From assembly GCA_002069945.1 (NCBI GenBank), contig MWCH01000002.1, positions 15,164 through 79,163 on the forward strand: DNA of 64,000 nucleotides. Direction: 5' to 3'. The position numbers were made by a program, and so were the translations under genes. The notes under the pieces are model-generated. The model made no database searches. It was given only the letters and a program-made list of their open reading frames with translations, and was not told where the DNA came from. The stretch comes from Microgenomates group bacterium ADurb.Bin219. Its GTDB lineage: Bacteria; Patescibacteriota; Microgenomatia; UM-FILTER-40-11. This document shows positions 63,010 through 64,000 of the stretch, in pieces (position 1 is the first letter of the stretch; each line of letters begins with the position of its first letter).

Positions 63010-64000
63010 ATGTCTCTCCGTCAGTGTTTCCGAGGTTTGGTTTCGATTCTGCTGGTAGTCGCTTTTCTGGTCAGTTGCACTCCCAAGACGAATCCAACAC
63101 CAACTCCCCGACCTGTCTTGAAAGTACTCCAAGTTCCTTTGGGCTGGCTGAACAATGACGAATTCATCGCTCTCCAGGCCGCCCAGCAAAGAGGATTTTT
63201 TGCCGAAGAAGGACTGGACGTAACGCTTGTCTCGGGTGGCGGCAGCACCGGCTTTAACCCAATTTTAGCTATCGGCGGTATGGACAACAGTGTCCGTATC
63301 GGTGTTCCGGCTGCTCTCAGCCTGGTTTTGAGTTCCAAGGCCGAAGGAACCGATGTTATTGCCATCGCCGCCTTACTGCAAAAAGAACCCTCCGGATTTT
63401 TGACTTTGATCAAGAATGGCCGACGGGCTCAAGGCCCTTGCGATTTTGACGGTCGAATCGTCAGTATGCAAACTGACGGCTTCTGGTACGTCGACTTTCT
63501 CGGCGCCGTTTGTCCAAACAAGCAATTGAAATCCGGACGCGACTTTACGGTCATTCCGGCCGGCTGGACTCCCGACTGTCTTTTGTCTAACCAGTGCGAT
63601 TACTATTGCGCCTGGTCAACCAACCAACCCTTCATTCTCAGCCAACAGGGAATGGTTGAAGGCAAAGACTACGAGATGTTCCTGACCGCCGACTATCTGC
63701 CGTTTTACTACGCCGACGTGATCGTTACCAGCCGGGTATACGCGACCGAACACCCGGAAGTAGTTCGCGCTTTTGTCGCCGCAGCGGTTAAAGGAATGCA
63801 ATTCGTTCTTGACGATCCCAATAAGGCAATCGAAATTGCCAGCAGTATTCCCGGCGTAGAGCGCGAGCATGCCACTTGGAGAATTCCCGCTCAAAACAAG
63901 CTGGTCGTTTCCGAGGACACCAAGGAACACGGCTTGGGCTATATGGACCTGGAAAAAGTCCAGGCGATGATTGACTTTCTGGCGGCGAATGGCCAGATCA
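63010..64000 (+). CDS. ABC transporter substrate-binding lipoprotein, NMT1/THI5 (SsuA/TauA/ThiY-like) family, 5' 330 codons (continues past window end)
   Basis: Not in ORF track (no stop in window). Manual translation from ATG 63010 (RBS AAGGAGGAAAAG) gives an open frame to 64000 with lipobox LVSC. GC content is clearly higher than the rest of the window. Confidence 0.6.
   Translation, partial: MSLRQCFRGLVSILLVVAFLVSCTPKTNPTPTPRPVLKVLQVPLGWLNNDEFIALQAAQQRGFFAEEGLDVTLVSGGGSTGFNPILAIGGMDNSVRIGVPAALSLVLSSKAEGTDVIAIAALLQKEPSGFLTLIKNGRRAQGPCDFDGRIVSMQTDGFWYVDFLGAVCPNKQLKSGRDFTVIPAGWTPDCLLSNQCDYYCAWSTNQPFILSQQGMVEGKDYEMFLTADYLPFYYADVIVTSRVYATEHPEVVRAFVAAAVKGMQFVLDDPNKAIEIASSIPGVEREHATWRIPAQNKLVVSEDTKEHGLGYMDLEKVQAMIDFLAANGQI

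Noticed and set aside
63021-63930. Minus-strand ORFs 63021..63413 and 63616..63930
   Set aside because: Antisense to the manually identified plus-strand SBP gene, which has signal peptide, lipobox, RBS and an uninterrupted frame to the window end.
1-64000. UGA recoding, CRISPR arrays or rRNA genes
   Set aside because: TGA clearly terminates several well-supported genes (e.g. the SIR2_2 gene, ATP-grasp 47646..48710). No regularly spaced direct repeats with unique spacers and no rRNA-like conserved stretches were seen.

Overview
The window is 64 kb of AT-rich, densely packed sequence, mostly on the minus strand, with short intergenic spacers. Together with archaeal-type metabolic enzymes, split genes and many secreted or hypothetical proteins, this is consistent with a small-genome Patescibacteria/CPR-like bacterium using the standard genetic code (TGA is used as a stop codon).

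Content, from start to end:
- 1-9.2 kb: a DNA-repair and housekeeping block. It holds an ATP-dependent DNA ligase (partial, found by hand), a Fic protein, RecF, Fpg/MutM, a GNAT, a GT4 glycosyltransferase, a 5'-3' exonuclease and FtsH.
- 9.3-13.1 kb: a 1265-aa secreted NHL-repeat protein. It carries two tandem Cys-rich mini-modules, a Pro/Thr-rich linker and a C-terminal beta-sandwich-like domain.
- 13.1-14.5 kb: trpS directly preceded by tRNA-Trp, a CAU-anticodon tRNA, and a GC-rich non-canonical tRNA-like element.
- 14.5-19.7 kb: an accessory-looking block. It holds a hypothetical protein, an FtsB/DivIC-like protein, a XerC/D-like tyrosine recombinase, a membrane-anchored VirB4/VirD4-superfamily ATPase and a small acidic protein. 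It also holds an unusual nested tRNA locus: an intact tRNA-Ile(UAU) sits inside a ~145-nt insertion, flanked by a TTATAA direct repeat, in the anticodon loop of a second tRNA-Ile(UAU)-like gene.
- 19.7-23.0 kb: class III anaerobic ribonucleotide reductase genes nrdD and nrdG. The glycyl-radical tail of NrdD appears to be encoded as a separate 47-aa ORF with its own RBS.
- 23.1-33.3 kb: LeuRS, a CPBP protease, two tandem PBP1A paralogs and a beta-lactamase-fold hydrolase.
- 35.4-46.1 kb: a long minus-strand operon of glycolysis and non-oxidative pentose-phosphate enzymes. Members are a PfkB kinase, class I FBA, split transketolase, RPE, GAPDH, PGK, RpiB and archaeal-type TIM. The operon also carries a LOG-family protein, a 2H phosphoesterase (ThpR) and a SIR2_2-like NAD-binding protein whose stop codon overlaps the ThpR start codon (ATGA).
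- 46.1-48.7 kb: a CapA protein convergent with an ATP-grasp ligase / C39_2(BtrH)-like peptidase pair.
- 48.7-54.2 kb: a CaCA exchanger, a 2-oxoacid:ferredoxin oxidoreductase and an IscS/IscU/ArsR cluster.
- 54.2-62.5 kb: a PIG-L deacetylase, a GT2-CE4 fusion, DinB, a 52-aa desulforedoxin-like ORF absent from the ORF track, and purine-salvage genes (PRTase, PurA).
- 62.5-64.0 kb: a 0.5-kb structured leader followed by a compositionally distinct, GC-richer, truncated ABC substrate-binding protein gene.

No rRNA genes or CRISPR arrays were found. The features I rank highest for follow-up are the nested tRNA locus with its recombinase/ATPase neighbours, the split NrdD glycyl-radical cistron, the SIR2_2-2H phosphoesterase coupled pair, and the non-canonical tRNA-like element.
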